From Endomicrobiales bacterium (lineage in GTDB: Bacteria > Elusimicrobiota > Endomicrobiia > Endomicrobiales > CAWCFT01), in contig CAWCFT010000001.1 of assembly GCA_963794945.1 (NCBI GenBank), forward strand, positions 288,001 to 352,000: DNA of 64,000 nt, given 5' to 3'. Position 1 is the first letter of the stretch, and each line of letters opens with the position of its first letter. Shown piece after piece: positions 22,509-34,178 of this stretch. The translations under genes and the position numbers were made by a program. The notes beneath the pieces are model-generated. The model was not told the DNA's origin. It did not search any database and was given only the letters and a program-made list of their open reading frames with translations.

Positions 22509-22613
22509 GTGAAACTCCGCCGGCAGGAGCTGGCGGCTTCTTTTACTACGCCAACAACCTGCGTCTCGCCTTTGGCGGCCGCCGATTCATTCCCAAGCAT
22601 AAGCTTTGGGGTT
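22509..22613. mobile_element. Putative non-autonomous IS200/IS605-like palindromic element
   Basis: GTGAAACT-CCGCCGGC-agga-GCTGGCGG-CTTC hairpin, then ATTCATT-CCCAAGC-ataa-GCTTTGGG hairpin; no ORF. Confidence 0.45.
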
Positions 22614-22649
22614 AAACATGGCGGGCCAAATTCTTCGAATATATTATAT

Positions 22650-23920
22650 CACTTCTGTCCGGTTAAAAAGCGAACGCCATTGTTAGTTGGCGGTCTGTGT
22701 TTTTGATTTTAGGCAGCAATCGATCATTCAAATTAAGTAAGTCAATGAGATTGAGGCGTTCAAGAAGCGTTTCCTGAATGACTTTGTGCAGGTAGAACAG
22801 TGAATATTTATATTTTGACTGATATTTGATGTAAGACAGAAGCAAGTAGTAGCACATGGCAATCCAGATCTGCGTAAGCACAGCGTTCTTTGAAGTGCCA
22901 AAGAATGTTTTGATTTTAAGGTTCTGCTTGATCCACTTGAAAAAGACTTCAACTTGCCAGCGGGCTTTATAGATACCAGCAATAGTAGAAGCGGCAAGCT
23001 TGAAGTTGTTGGTAATAAAAACAAGCAGTTTATCGGTTTGCTTGTCATAGTAACGGATCAAGCGCAGTTCTTTGGGATAATCCTGCTTCTGATAAAAGCC
23101 GTTCAAGGCGATAATTTCATCTGAAATTACGCTGTTTTTTGATGATTCAGGATGCTGTCCGGAAACAGTGTAATTGATGTTGTCTTTGGCTCTGGTAACG
23201 AAGAAAGCGCCTACTGTGTCTATTGAATTAAACCAGGCAAAGTCTATATAGCCCTTGTCCATGCAGTAGATGCTGTCCGGCACAATGTCAAAAGAAGAAC
23301 GGGCAACGGTTATTTCGTGCTTTTTGGCATCTGTGACAACCATGAACGTGGGTATCTGCCCGGCATGGTCTAACTGGCAATGCAGTTTTATAGCCCCTTT
23401 GGTAGTGCGGAATTTTGCCCATGAAAACATTGACAGGCACAAGTCAATGACTGTGGCGTCAAAAATGAACAATGGGTTTTTAAACTTGAATTTGTGTGTA
23501 GGGGTTATATTCTTACAGCGTTCAAGCAAGGCATAAAACAACCCTTCATATATGCGGTAGTCGCGTTTCTGGTTGGCATCGGCAAGAGTAGAACGGCGCA
23601 CAATGGCAAGGCCGACATGGTAGAGCTTTCCGGCTTGCGCCAGAAAAGCATTAACAATATCACGCAAGCTGTCCTTGCCGCTGATTTGGGCATAAAGCAT
23701 GACTGTTAGTTGTTTCCAGCAATTGAAGGTTTTGACGTATCTGTCCCCGAAATGACGAGAAACGAGGTTTTCAAAACGATGTCTCGGAATAAACGTTTGC
23801 AATTGGTTCATGATAGTGTTATAATGCATCTTATCAATCCTCCGTCAGTAGATTTGTTCCTTTGCAGAAACATTCTACCTGATCGGGGGATTTTATTCAA
23901 ATTTTAACCGGACAGGTCTG
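22650..23920 (-). mobile_element. IS4-family insertion sequence (~1.27 kb)
   Basis: Terminal inverted repeats: CACTTCTGTCCGGTTAAAA at 22650 versus the reverse complement of the end at 23920, CAGACCTGTCCGGTTAAAA; these enclose a transposase. Confidence 0.88.
22663..23829 (-). CDS. IS4-family DDE transposase (DUF4372-type N-terminus)
   Basis: DATVIDL, MDKGYIDF and the YKARWQVEVFFKWIKQNLKIK (YREK-like) motif. Confidence 0.95.
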   Translation of the reverse strand: MHYNTIMNQLQTFIPRHRFENLVSRHFGDRYVKTFNCWKQLTVMLYAQISGKDSLRDIVNAFLAQAGKLYHVGLAIVRRSTLADANQKRDYRIYEGLFYALLERCKNITPTHKFKFKNPLFIFDATVIDLCLSMFSWAKFRTTKGAIKLHCQLDHAGQIPTFMVVTDAKKHEITVARSSFDIVPDSIYCMDKGYIDFAWFNSIDTVGAFFVTRAKDNINYTVSGQHPESSKNSVISDEIIALNGFYQKQDYPKELRLIRYYDKQTDKLLVFITNNFKLAASTIAGIYKARWQVEVFFKWIKQNLKIKTFFGTSKNAVLTQIWIAMCYYLLLSYIKYQSKYKYSLFYLHKVIQETLLERLNLIDLLNLNDRLLPKIKNTDRQLTMAFAF

Positions 23921-23994
23921 ATAAATTTATATATCTGAACGTTCTTACTGTGCACGAGCTATGAGCGCTTATATTAAAAAATAATGCTTTCTGC

Positions 23995-24023
23995 TTGACA
24001 TGTGAATCAATTTGTTATAAAAT
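23995..24023 (+). promoter_or_regulatory. Sigma70-type promoter of the zapB-zapA operon (possibly leaderless)
   Basis: TTGACA-17 nt-TAAAAT ending 7 nt before the ATG at 24031. Confidence 0.7.
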
Positions 24024-24030
24024 TTAATCG

Positions 24031-24258
24031 ATGGAAAGATTGGACATACTAGAAAAAAAAGTTCATCAGGCGGCTGAACAGCTGTCGAAACTGCGTCAAG
24101 AAAGTATTAAGATGCGCAGCGAGATCCAATTCCTTGAGGAAGAGAACAAAAAAGCTAAACTTCTTCTTCAAGATGGGACAAAGTGGCAGGAGCAAAAGAA
24201 GGCTGTCACTACTCGCATAGAAAAGATAATTAAGAAATTAAGCGCTTTGGGCGCATAA
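24031..24258 (+). CDS. ZapB-like coiled-coil cell division protein
   Basis: 75-aa coiled coil (LEKKVHQA...LEEEN) directly upstream of zapA. Confidence 0.65.
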   Translation: MERLDILEKKVHQAAEQLSKLRQESIKMRSEIQFLEEENKKAKLLLQDGTKWQEQKKAVTTRIEKIIKKLSALGA

Positions 24259-24270
24259 CGGGTTACATAA

Positions 24271-24555
24271 ATGAACAAGATCACAGTGAATATTCTGGGG
24301 CGAACATATGACGTGCAGGCATCACCTGGTGATGAACTGCTTATTTATTCTCTGGCGGAATACGTAGAACAGAAGATTAACGAAGTGCAACGTGACACCG
24401 GCATGGTAGACACGCAGAAATTGGCGATTTTGGTCGCTTTGAATATCGCGGATGAGTATTTTCGCCTTAAGAATTCACGCGAAAATGTTTCGGTAAACCT
24501 GGATAAAAAAGCAGAAGAAATGATCAAGACCCTTGACCGGGCGTTGACTGCTTGA
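24271..24555 (+). CDS. zapA: Cell division protein ZapA
   Basis: VNILGRTY...LAEYVEQKI...KLAILVALNIADE. Confidence 0.93.
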   Translation: MNKITVNILGRTYDVQASPGDELLIYSLAEYVEQKINEVQRDTGMVDTQKLAILVALNIADEYFRLKNSRENVSVNLDKKAEEMIKTLDRALTA

Positions 24556-24569
24556 CATATCCCGTTCTT

Positions 24570-24721
24570 ATCCCTGCGGTGTTGGTGAAGATTATCTGAT
24601 TTAAGCCGACAAGTTCCTTTTCGGGAGCGATAAAAGATCCGGCGGCATCGTGCCGCCAGTCTTCGCACCCACTTAATTAACTGGGACTTAAATCGATAGT
24701 CAGCACGGCACTCGCGGGGAT
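24570..24721 (+). ncRNA. ssrS: 6S RNA
   Basis: Canonical position after zapA; ends pair (ATCCCTGCG/CGCGGGGAT); 6S-like segments GGGAGC, CACCCAC and ACGGCAC; central hairpin GGCGGCA-tcg-TGCCGCC. Confidence 0.82.
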
Positions 24722-24730
24722 TTATTATAT

Positions 24731-26047
24731 ATGGAGACCACGGATCTCTTCGGGACAAAGAAAGTAAAACCTGAGAATATACCGCTTGCGCTTAGAATGA
24801 CGCCCTCCTCACTGGATGAGGTTATGGGGCAGGAAGATATACTGGGCGAAGGCAAACTTTTGAGAAGGTCCATAGAGACCGACCGGTTGAGTTCGGTCAT
24901 TTTCTACGGCCCATCGGGCGCTGGCAAGAGCGCTGTGGCTCGGATAATCGCCAAGACCACAGGCTCGCATTTCGAAGAAACGAACGCAGTGCTCATAGGC
25001 ATAGCGGACATAAGAAAGATACTCGAGCAGGCAAAACTACGCTTAACCGCTTCATCAAAAAAGACAATCCTCCTTCTTGACGAGATCCACCACTTCAATA
25101 AAACCCAGCAGGACGCGCTTCTTCCAGATGTCGAGAAAGGCAACATAACCCTTATTGGCATCACTACCGAAAACCCATATTTCTATGTCAACGCGGCCCT
25201 GCTTTCCAGATCCATTCTTTTTGAGTTCAAGAAACTGGATTGCGCACAACTCTCAAAGATAATCGATACGGCGCTCGCAGATAAAGATAAAGGCTTCGGT
25301 AGCCTTAGTGTAAATATCGAACCCGACGCGAGGAAACACCTTATCCTCAACTCAAACGGCGACGCGAGACGGCTTCTTAACGCGCTCGAAATAGGAGTAC
25401 TGTCTTCTAAGCCCGGTACTGACGGAACTATCAATTTCGATCTGCGGACAGCTGAAGGTTCGCTCCAGAAAAAATACATCTCATACGATAAATCCGGCGA
25501 CGAACATTACGACCACATATCCGCTTTCATTAAATCAATGAGAGGCTCTGACCCTGATGCGGCGCTTTACTGGATGTCCAAGATGCTTGTGGCCGGCGAA
25601 GACCCGTTGTTCATCGCCAGGCGCGTTATCATCTGCGCGTCCGAAGATGTCGGCAACGCAGACCCCATGGCGCTGGTGGTGGCGGCATCGGCGCTCCAGT
25701 CGATAGAGTTCGTTGGCCTGCCGGAAGGCAAGATACCGCTCGCGCAGGCAGTTGTTTACGTTGCTACCGCGCCGAAATCCAATGCGTCTTACATGGCGCT
25801 TAATAGTTCCGAACAGGAAGTAATGAAAGGTAGGAGCAGGCAGGTGCCAAACCATCTTAAAGACGCTACTATGGACGGCGAGGGCAAACGAGGCCATGGA
25901 GTGGGGTACAAGTACCCGCACGATTATCCAGGGCATTTCGTAGAACAGGAATACTGGCCCGACAAAAAGGTTTTCTATGTGCCGGGCAGCGAGGGTTATG
26001 AGACCGAGATCGCCAAAAGACTTGCGGGCTGGAGAAAGAAAAGCTAG
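24731..26047 (+). CDS. rarA: Replication-associated recombination protein A
   Basis: PLALRMTP, GPSGAGKS, LDEIHHFNKTQQDALLP, SAFIKSMRGSDPDAALYW. Confidence 0.95.
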   Translation: METTDLFGTKKVKPENIPLALRMTPSSLDEVMGQEDILGEGKLLRRSIETDRLSSVIFYGPSGAGKSAVARIIAKTTGSHFEETNAVLIGIADIRKILEQAKLRLTASSKKTILLLDEIHHFNKTQQDALLPDVEKGNITLIGITTENPYFYVNAALLSRSILFEFKKLDCAQLSKIIDTALADKDKGFGSLSVNIEPDARKHLILNSNGDARRLLNALEIGVLSSKPGTDGTINFDLRTAEGSLQKKYISYDKSGDEHYDHISAFIKSMRGSDPDAALYWMSKMLVAGEDPLFIARRVIICASEDVGNADPMALVVAASALQSIEFVGLPEGKIPLAQAVVYVATAPKSNASYMALNSSEQEVMKGRSRQVPNHLKDATMDGEGKRGHGVGYKYPHDYPGHFVEQEYWPDKKVFYVPGSEGYETEIAKRLAGWRKKS

Positions 26048-26606
26048 GCTCCGCGATCAGATGAAGAAAAAAAGGGACAGCATATCGGCCGCTTCCCGTG
26101 AGATCAAAAGCCGGAGTATAGCTTCGGAGGTAAGGAAGCTTGGGGTTTACACCAAGGCCAGGACCATAATGCTGTATATGAACATTGGTTCCGAAGTTGC
26201 GACCAAAGAGATGATAGAGATGGCTTTAAAGGACGGCAAGAAGGTTCTTATTCCATTTTTAGGGAAAACAAAAAAGAATATCAGGGCTGCGAAGATAGTG
26301 TCATTAGAAAAGGGACTAGTAAAAGGTGCGTTCGGGATAATGGAACCCGAACCGCGCTTATGCAGGGCGGTCCCAGAAGAAAACGTCGATATGGTAGTTG
26401 TCCCCGCGGTTGCCTATGATCTTTCCTGCCGCAGGATCGGATACGGCGGCGGTTATTACGACAGGTGGCTTAAGAAGGTTCCGGAAAAAGCCCGCGTCGG
26501 CGTAGCATATGATACGCAGGTCGTAAAAGAGATACCAGATTGCAGAGGCGATGTAAAGTTAAATATGATAGTTACTGAAACGAGAGTCATAAAGCGCAAA
26601 GCTTAA
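25977..26606 (+). CDS. ygfA: 5-formyltetrahydrofolate cyclo-ligase (true start probably ~26022-26061)
   Basis: FGIMEP, VVPAVAYD and RIGYGGGYYDR motifs. Confidence 0.92.
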   Translation: MCRAARVMRPRSPKDLRAGERKARLRDQMKKKRDSISAASREIKSRSIASEVRKLGVYTKARTIMLYMNIGSEVATKEMIEMALKDGKKVLIPFLGKTKKNIRAAKIVSLEKGLVKGAFGIMEPEPRLCRAVPEENVDMVVVPAVAYDLSCRRIGYGGGYYDRWLKKVPEKARVGVAYDTQVVKEIPDCRGDVKLNMIVTETRVIKRKA

Positions 26607-26677
26607 AAACCAACCGTTTGCACACGTGAAGTGAGGACGGGAAAAATGAAGTCTTTAAATCCAGAAAGGAGCAATAA

Positions 26678-28231
26678 ATGGACATTTACGTACAGGCCGG
26701 ATTAGCTCTGTTATGCGTTGTAGCAGGCTATGTTATTAGGTTCGTATACGCTAGAACGCAGGCAAGATCAGCAGAACAAACAGCTGAAAGGATATTAAGT
26801 GAAGCCAAAATAATGGCTGAAGCAAAAAAGAAGGAAGGTCTACTTGAAGTAAAAGAGCAGATGGAAAAAGAAAGGCGCGAGTTCGAGAAAGAGACTAGAG
26901 AGCGCCGCCAGGAAACTCAAAATATTGAAAGAAGGCTCAACCAGCGTGATGAGAACCTGGATAAAAAGCTGGAGCTTGCTGAGAAAAAAGAACGTGAACT
27001 TCAGCAGCGTGAAAAGAACCTGGTTGCAAAGGAACAAGGCCTCGAAGAACACGAAAAGGAACTTGTGAAGGCGCGAGAGGAACAGAAAAGGGTTCTCGAA
27101 AGGCTTTCAGGCATGTCCAGCGAAGAAGCAAAAAAGATGCTTATGCAGACACTGGAAGAAGAGGCGAGAAGAGATGCGGCAATGCTTTACAAAAGGATAG
27201 AAACGGAAACCCGGGAGACGGCTGATAAAAAGTCTAAAGAGATACTTTCAATAGCGATACAGAAGGTCGCGGCGGAACACACAACTGACATAACCACGTC
27301 GTCCGTTCCAATAACGAATGACGAAGTGAAAGGCAGGGTTATAGGCAGGGAAGGAAGGAACATCAGGGCCTTCGAACAGGCTACAGGCGTGGACCTCATA
27401 ATTGACGATACACCTGAAGCTATAACAATATCTGCTTTTGATGGTGTTAGACGCCAGATAGCGAAAATAGCGCTTGAAAGGCTGATAAGCGACGGACGCA
27501 TACATCCGGCCAGGATCGAAGAAGTAGTTGAGAAAGTCAAGAAAGAAATGGAAAATACGATAAAGGAAGCCGGTGAACAGGCTGCGCTTGAAGCGGGCGT
27601 GCCGGGGTTAAATCCGGAGATACTAAGGCTCCTAGGAAAATTGAAATATAGGACTTCATATGGACAGAACCAGCTCCAGCACACGCTTGAGGTCACCTGG
27701 CTTGCTGGTGCCATAGCAGGCGAGCTCGGGTTGGACGTGGCATTTTGTAAAAGAGCGGGCCTGCTGCATGATATTGGAAAAGCCGTAGACCATGAAGTCG
27801 AAGGTTCGCACCACCAGATATCGGCGGACCTCGCAAAGAAATACAACGAATCACCCAAGATGATCAATGCCATTATTTCGCATCATGAAGGTATAGAAGA
27901 ACCTAAGAGCCCTGAAGCGTTCGTGGTCGCGGCAGCAGACGCGATATCGGCCGCGCGGCCGGGCGCAAGACGCGAGTCGATTGAACACTATTTGAAGCGC
28001 CTCGAAAAACTTGAGAAACTCGCCACCTCGTTCCGCGGGGTGACCTCCGCTTACGCGATACAGGCTGGAAGAGAGATCAGGATACTCGTTGAGCCGGAAG
28101 ACATTGACGATAAGGGAGCGCAGATACTCGCTCACGACATAGCCAAGAAAGTCGAGCAGGAGCTTGAATACCCCGGACAGATAAAGATCACTGTCATAAG
28201 GGAGATTAGGGCTCAGGAAACCGCTAAATAA
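26678..28231 (+). CDS. rny: Ribonuclease Y
   Basis: N-terminal TM, coiled coil, KH domain ([13 protein letters not shown]), HD domain (LLHDIGK), [11 protein letters not shown]. Confidence 0.97.
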   Translation: MDIYVQAGLALLCVVAGYVIRFVYARTQARSAEQTAERILSEAKIMAEAKKKEGLLEVKEQMEKERREFEKETRERRQETQNIERRLNQRDENLDKKLELAEKKERELQQREKNLVAKEQGLEEHEKELVKAREEQKRVLERLSGMSSEEAKKMLMQTLEEEARRDAAMLYKRIETETRETADKKSKEILSIAIQKVAAEHTTDITTSSVPITNDEVKGRVIGREGRNIRAFEQATGVDLIIDDTPEAITISAFDGVRRQIAKIALERLISDGRIHPARIEEVVEKVKKEMENTIKEAGEQAALEAGVPGLNPEILRLLGKLKYRTSYGQNQLQHTLEVTWLAGAIAGELGLDVAFCKRAGLLHDIGKAVDHEVEGSHHQISADLAKKYNESPKMINAIISHHEGIEEPKSPEAFVVAAADAISAARPGARRESIEHYLKRLEKLEKLATSFRGVTSAYAIQAGREIRILVEPEDIDDKGAQILAHDIAKKVEQELEYPGQIKITVIREIRAQETAK

Positions 28232-28233
28232 GG

Positions 28234-28324
28234 CAGTTGTCAGCAGTCAGATATCAGCTATCAGCAAAGACTCAAGATCAATGTTTTTGTTTTAGCTGAA
28301 GACTGAAAGCTGTAAGCTGAAAAC
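28234..28324. repeat. Inverted array of 7-nt tandem repeats (TCAGCTA-like / TAGCTGA-like)
   Basis: cagttgt cagcagt cagatat cagctat cagc ... gctgaag actgaaa gctgtaa gctgaaa. Confidence 0.8.
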
Positions 28325-28329
28325 TTAAA

Positions 28330-29100
28330 ATGAAGATACTATTCATCAGCGATATCGTAGGACAACCGGGCAGGGAAGTCCTTGCTTCCCGGCTCCCAGC
28401 TTTGAGGGAGAAAGAGAACCCCGACTTCATAATAGCCAACGGAGAGAACGCTGCAGGAGGAAAAGGCATAACCGTAAGCATAGTTAATGACCTTACTGGC
28501 CTGGGCATAGATGTAATTACACTCGGGAACCATACATTCGACAGGAAAGAAGCGGAAAGCGCGCTCAGCATGGAAAATGTTATAAGGCCCGCGAACTATC
28601 CTCCGATGGCGCCGGGCACGGGTTGGGGCGTTTTTACTGCAAAGAGCGGCGTAAAGATAGCTGTTATAAACCTCATAGGGCGAGTGTACATGCCTCTCAC
28701 CGATTGTCCGTTCAGAACAGGCAGCGCTATTGTAGACAAGGCCATGAAAGAAACAAAGAACATAATCGTTGATTTTCACGCAGAAATAACTTCAGAAAAG
28801 CAGGCCATGGGTTGGTATCTGGACGGCAAAGTCTCGGCTGTGCTCGGCACCCATACACACGTACCGACCGCTGATGAGAAAATCCTGCCCATGGGTACAG
28901 CCTATGTATCTGATTGCGGGCTTACCGGCCCAGCGGAAGGCGTTATAGGCATGGACAAAGAGCTGGTCTTGAAAAAGTTCCTCACTGCCATTCCTCAGCA
29001 TTTCGAAGTTGCAAAAGGCAAATCCATAATGCAGGGCTGCGTTGTTGAAATAGACAAGACTTCAGGGAAGAGCCTGAGCATTAAAAGGTTCAGCGTATAG
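28330..29100 (+). CDS. ymdB: YmdB-family metallophosphoesterase
   Basis: DIVG, NGENAAGG, TLGNH, DFHAEITSEK, GTHTHV; follows rny. Confidence 0.93.
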   Translation: MKILFISDIVGQPGREVLASRLPALREKENPDFIIANGENAAGGKGITVSIVNDLTGLGIDVITLGNHTFDRKEAESALSMENVIRPANYPPMAPGTGWGVFTAKSGVKIAVINLIGRVYMPLTDCPFRTGSAIVDKAMKETKNIIVDFHAEITSEKQAMGWYLDGKVSAVLGTHTHVPTADEKILPMGTAYVSDCGLTGPAEGVIGMDKELVLKKFLTAIPQHFEVAKGKSIMQGCVVEIDKTSGKSLSIKRFSV

Positions 29101-29103
29101 CAT

Positions 29104-30334
29104 ATGGAACAAGCATCCGGTAGAAAGGTTTATACTGTTTCTGAACTCAACCGCGAGATAAAAACGGTACTTGAAGACGTTTACCCGGATATCTGGGTAG
29201 AGGGAGAAATATCCTGCCTTAAAACGTACTCGTCCGGGCACACGTACTTTTACCTAAAAGACGGAGAGTCTCAGATATCAGCAGTTATCTTCCAGGGAAT
29301 GGGAAAAGCTATAAAATTCAAATTTGAAGAGGGCCTCAAGATAATCGCACGCGGGCGTGTTACGGCATACCCGAAAAGAGGAGACTACCAGATTATAGTA
29401 AGCCATGCAGAACCAGCTGGGGCTGGGGCGCTGCAAGCTCGCTTTTGAACAGCTCAAAAATAAGCTTCAGGATGAAGGGCTGTTCGATGAAGCAAGAAAG
29501 AAACATATACCAATGCTTGTGCAGCGTTTAGGGATAGTGACCTCTCCCGACGGCGCAGCGCTTAGAGACATTTTAACTGTCATCAACAGAAGATATTCGA
29601 ATATTGAGATATTGATCTATCCCGTACGCGTCCAAGGCGACGAAGCAAAATATGAGATAGCGGAGGCGATAGAATATTTGAATTCGAACTACCCTGGCCT
29701 TGACGCTTTGCTTGTCGGCAGGGGTGGCGGTTCTTATCAGGATCTCTGGGCTTTCAATGAGGAGACCGTTGCGAGAGCCATATACAAGTCCAAGATACCG
29801 GTTATATCCTGCGTTGGACATGAAGTTGATTTTACCATAGCGGACTTCGTAGCAGATATGCGGGCGCCGACACCGTCCGCGGCGGCCGAACTGGTCGTAA
29901 GCAATAAAAGCGAACTGCTAGACACTATAGAAATGAATCGAATCAGATTGGAAAACACTATACATTCGAGTATTGAGAACTTTGAACAACATTTAAGACA
30001 TCTGGCAGAATCAAAAGTGCTGGGAAAACCTGTCGGAATATTCGAGTTCAGGATGCGCCAGCTTGACGAAATCAATGAATCGCTCCACAATGCTGCTGCA
30101 AACCTGCTTGAAACCGCAGGTTCCGATCTGAGCCATGTTGCCGAAAAACTTAACCTTATATCTCCGCTGAGTGTCTTGGCTAGAGGGTATTCTATATGTG
30201 TTAAGACCGGAGAAGCAACTGTTCTGAAAGACGGTTCCCGTCTTAAGATAGGGGATCCCGTAAGCGTTAGGCTTCACAAAGGCTCGTTCGAAGGCACAGT
30301 AAACAAAGTGAGCCAAACGGAGTTAAACAGATGA
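29104..30334 (+). CDS. xseA: Exodeoxyribonuclease VII large subunit; frameshift near 29437
   Basis: WVEGEIS...SGHTYFYLKD, then VTSPDGAALRD, RGGGS, GHEVDFTIADFVAD, PTPSAAAE. Confidence 0.95.
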
Positions 30335-30572
30335 AAAAAGCGATAACATTTGAGGCCGCTGTAAAAAGGCTCGAAGAAATAGTCGAAAAGATGGAGAACG
30401 GTGACGCCGAGCTGGAAAAGTCGCTCGAGATGTTCGAAGAAGGTATAAAACTGGTAAAATTTTGTTCAGCCAAACTTGAAGAAGCAAAAAAGAAAGTAGA
30501 AATACTTGTCAAAGACGGCAAGACAATGAAGCCCGAACCTTTCAAGGACAAATTTAGCAACGGCTCAAAAGA

Positions 30573-30576
<4 letters not shown>
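30331..30576 (+). CDS. xseB: Exodeoxyribonuclease VII small subunit
   Basis: TFEAAVKRLEEIVEKMENG...LEKSLEMFEEG. Confidence 0.95.
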
Positions 30577-31473
<897 letters not shown>

Positions 31474-31505
31474 TATACGAACGTTTTGTGCGCAGAGGAG
31501 CTTAA

Positions 31506-33377
31506 ATGTCAATACTCGAAAAAATCAACAGGCCGCAGGACCTAAGGATCATAAAAAAGGAGCTCCTTCCTGAACTAGCCGGTGAGATAAGGAATGAGAT
31601 AATACAGAACGGTCTCGCAAAACGGGGGGCATATAGCTTCGAGCCTGGGCACCGTTGAACTTGCTATCGCTCTGCATTATGTATTCGAAGCTCCTGAAGA
31701 TAAAATTATATGGGATGTCGGCCATCAGGCTTACACTCACAAAATAATAACCGGCCGCAGGGACAGGTTTTCGACTCTTAGGATGCATGAGGGAATAAGC
31801 GGTTTTCCTAGAAGAGAAGAATCCGAGTACGATGCTTTTGGGGTCGGACACTCATCCACCGCTATTTCAGCCGGGCTCGGTTTCGCGAGGCGCGAGACAT
31901 CCAGAAAAAGAGCAACAAGGTAGTCGCCGTGATAGGCGATGGCTCTATGACAGGAGGGCTGGCTTTCGAAGGACTCCAGAACGCCGGCCATATCGGCACT
32001 GATTTTCTTGTAATTCTAAATGACAACGAAATGTTCATATCTCACAGGGTTGGCGCTCTTGCCGGGTACCTGGCGAAACTGCTTACGGCCGGCACGCTGA
32101 AACGCCTTGAAAAAGAAGTCGAAGTATTTTTTAAACGCATACATTTCTGGGGAAGCCAGATACTGCGCGTGGCTAAACGTTTCAAGGTGCTTCTTTTTCC
32201 CGGAATGCTTTTCGAAGAAATGGGCTTCGCATATCTGGGCCCGGTCGACGGGCATAACGTTTTTGAACTGATAGATATACTGTCCAAGGTAAAAGAACTC
32301 AAAGGGCCCGTACTCTTGCACGTAATAACAAAAAAAGGAAAAGGGTATGCACCGGCGGAGAGCCAGCCGACTAAATTTCACGGTGTCGGAAGGTTCAATA
32401 TAATTACCGGCGAAATAGAAAAGAACGGCGGCAACCCGTCCTACACGCAGGTTTTTGGTGAAACAATAGTTAAACTGGCAAGGGAAGACTCGAGAATAGT
32501 AGGCATAACAGCAGCGATGACCGAAGGCAGCGGGCTGGAAGATTTCGCAAAAGAATTTCCAGAACGTTTCTTTGACGTAGGTATTGCCGAAGAACACGCG
32601 CTTACATTCGCGGCTGGGCTTGCCTGCGACGGGCTGCGGCCGGTTTGCAGCATCTACTCTACTTTCATGCAGAGGGGGATAGATCAGATAATACATGATA
32701 TTGCCCTGCAGAAACTGCCGGTTATAATGTCGCTTGACAGGGCCGGACTGGTAGGTGAAGATGGTGCCACTCATCACGGTAGCTTTGATCTCTCATACCT
32801 GCGGTATATCCCTAACCTTACTATAATGGCGCCATGTGATGAGAACGAGTTGCAGCACATGTTAAAGACCGCGATCGAGTTGAACGGGCCTGTGGCCATA
32901 AGATATCCTAGAGGGGCCGGTGTCGGTGTGTCCATGGATAAGCAGCCAAAGGTATTGGAAACAGGCAAAGCAAAAGTTTTTTCGGAAGGCAAAGACGTGA
33001 TATTGGCAGCTATAGGCAACACTGTTCATACGGCTTCAACGGCTGTGAAAATACTTGAAAATAACGGCATCAGCGCCGGTTTAGTGAATATGAGGTTCCT
33101 TAAACCTCTTGATCGCGGAGTTCTTGATTCTTTGTCCAGGAATGTAAGGCACTTTGTTGTAATCGAAGAGAATTCTGTAATTGGAGGCCTTAACAGCGCA
33201 GTGTGCGAACATTTCGCCGGTTCCGGAGTCAAGATACTTAAAATAGGGCTCCCGGACAGCTTTATAGAGCATGGCAGCCAGAAGATACTCAGGGATAAAT
33301 ACGGACTTAGTGCAGAGAAGATAGCTGACAAAGTGGCCAAATGGATAAAACTGGAAACAGGCATGGACGCGATTTGA
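31506..33377 (+). CDS. dxs: 1-deoxy-D-xylulose-5-phosphate synthase; frameshifts near 31608 and 31888
   Basis: [13 protein letters not shown] start; WDVGHQAY and GHSSTAIS pieces, then [25 protein letters not shown]. Confidence 0.95.
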
Positions 33378-33410
33378 ACGCCAGGATCATAGAGGCAGCG
33401 CCAGAAGTTC

Positions 33411-34178
33411 ATGAAAAAGAAAGCTAAGGTCAGGCTAGATGAACTAATAGTTGAACTTAAACTCGCGCCTACAAAGGCCATAGCTCAGGCGCTGATAATC
33501 GCCGGCGGCATCGAAACAAAAACCCCTATCAACTTAAAACCCGGAACCCTTGTAGATGCTGGAGAACGAGTATCACTGAAAAGAACCAACCCTTATGTGT
33601 CCCGCGGCGGATTAAAGCTTGAAGCAGCAATGAAGGTTTTCGGGCCACTCTGTAAGGACAAGGTTTGCATGGATATAGGCGCTTCCACAGGTGGCTTCAC
33701 AGATTATATGCTTAAGCATGGCGCCGCAAAAGTTTACGCGGTAGATGTTGGGAAGAGCCTTCTGGATTTCAAGCTGACAAAGGATTCAAGGGTAGTAAAT
33801 ATTGAAAATGTGAATTTCCGCTATTTTTCAGACCAAACCTTGAAAGAGAAAATTGAATTTGTTACAATTGACGTATCTTTCATATCATTGGATAAAGTAT
33901 TACCGAATGCAGTTGATGTCCTCAAGCCAGGTGGTCATATTGTTTCCATGGTTAAACCGCAGTTTGAAGTAGAACCGAGAGAACTTCGTAAAGGCGTTGT
34001 TTTTAATGCGAAATCAAGGCTTGCTGCAATAGAAAGAATTAAGGCGCTGTCACTTAACTTGGGGCTTGAAATATCGGGTGAAGCGGATTCCGAAGTTAAG
34101 GGGCCTGCGGGTAACGTTGAATATTTTCTTTTAATGAGGAAACCTAATGCAGATCAAATTGCCAAAATCTCTTTTTAA
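33411..34178 (+). CDS. tlyA: TlyA-family rRNA methyltransferase
   Basis: S4-like N-terminus, YVSRGGLKL, DIGASTGGFTD, DVSFISL, KPQFE. Confidence 0.95.
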   Translation: MKKKAKVRLDELIVELKLAPTKAIAQALIIAGGIETKTPINLKPGTLVDAGERVSLKRTNPYVSRGGLKLEAAMKVFGPLCKDKVCMDIGASTGGFTDYMLKHGAAKVYAVDVGKSLLDFKLTKDSRVVNIENVNFRYFSDQTLKEKIEFVTIDVSFISLDKVLPNAVDVLKPGGHIVSMVKPQFEVEPRELRKGVVFNAKSRLAAIERIKALSLNLGLEISGEADSEVKGPAGNVEYFLLMRKPNADQIAKISF

